A DNA stretch of 64,000 nucleotides from Eledone cirrhosa (taxonomy: Eukaryota): the NCBI GenBank assembly GCA_964016885.1, contig OZ024741.1, positions 357,306,001-357,370,000 of the forward strand, in the 5' to 3' direction. The first letter of the stretch is position 1; every line of letters starts with the position of its first letter. Below the pieces are notes generated by a model. It did not search any database. It was not told where the DNA came from and saw only the letters and a list, made by a program, of their open reading frames with translations. Shown here one piece after another: positions 62,971-64,000 of the stretch. The translations under genes were made by a program, and so were the position numbers.

Positions 62971-64000
62971 TTTACAACATTTGAGTTTCGTAAAAAAAAA
63001 TACAATTGGTTTATTCATAGAATTTTCAGTATCACGAAGTAAATGATAGAATTCTTTGGTTAATATATTTATAAATATGTTTAATCTATTTTAAACGATG
63101 TTTATGAAAAATAAATACGTAACGTTCAGCAATTGTTAAAAATTCTGCTCTAAAAGCAAAGACAGCTGAACTGACAATCTAAATGTTTTTTTTCTTTATG
63201 ACTGAAGCAAAGAACGAGCCTGCCTCCCTCACCCGACTGACTTTGTTTCCTTATAACTTTCATAATAATGCATATTTTAAATTAGATTTTGCAGATACAG
63301 TTTCGAAAGTGTAGATTACGAATATGTTGTTGAAATTTAAGTTAATTTTTTTTTTCGCGATTCTTAATTGGCTTTACGTTTCTGTATAAAATCTGATATT
63401 ATCCTGATTGATATTCTTTATTATCAACATGAAATTGGAAGACATGATGAAAAAAATGTCCAAATTTACCTTTATCCACTAAATCGAAAGTATTATGAAC
63501 AAGAATATTTTAAAATTTAAGTTTGTTTAAATATATATATATCATCAACATAATCAACCTTAATCTCTGCAAAATTTGGTTTAAAAAATACAATATCAAG
63601 AAAGTTATGTAGAAACAAAGTGGAGTGAGGGGTGGATAATTGTTCTGCTTCAGATGTATTTATTGGCCATCAATTGATATAGTTTATTCTTAATTTTAAT
63701 TGAATATCTATCCTAATAATCTTTTTACAATTAGATTAATAACATTTTTTTATTATCCCCAAAATTATCCTCATTATTTTTCTATGAATATGAAAATATA
63801 ATTCTTACAAAATGAAAGTATAAACAAGAATACTTTTTCCAGAATGAAAATATAAATACAATTAATTATTGCTAGGAACCTTACAAATATAATGCACAAA
63901 ACGAGAGACACCCCACCACAAAAAAAAAAAAAAAAAATCAAGAAAATCAATTCATCACTAATTGCGAAAGTCGACCGCACAACCACAAGGATCAACTGAA

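Overview
AT-rich metazoan genomic DNA. The SINE/MITE/RTE repeat families look cephalopod (Octopus-like), which is an inference from pattern recall. Almost the whole window is one minus-strand gene, CABIN1 (calcineurin-binding protein 1 / HIR3 orthologue of the HIRA H3.3 chaperone complex). I traced 42 coding exons by hand. All introns are GT-AG and phases are consistent, giving 6027 nt or 2008 aa plus stop, from an ATG-only first coding exon at 62788-62790 to TGA at 1524-1526. The 3' end is uncertain because the last exon holds a strong internal donor. Introns carry a compact decayed Ty3/Gypsy LTR retrotransposon with a -1 frameshift slippery site and pseudoknot, a probable solo LTR nested in a SINE, and RTE LINEs with a PHD-like Cys/His insert plus a partner SINE. 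They also carry CR1/L2, Penelope and CRE-like fragments, many TTAA-flanked MITEs and several fold-back hairpins. Best leads: a DHxY (HCF-1-binding-type) motif in the disordered CABIN1 exon, an isolated 34-bp pre-miRNA-like/ADAR-type hairpin, long intronic palindromes, and one anomalously CpG/GC3-rich exon.
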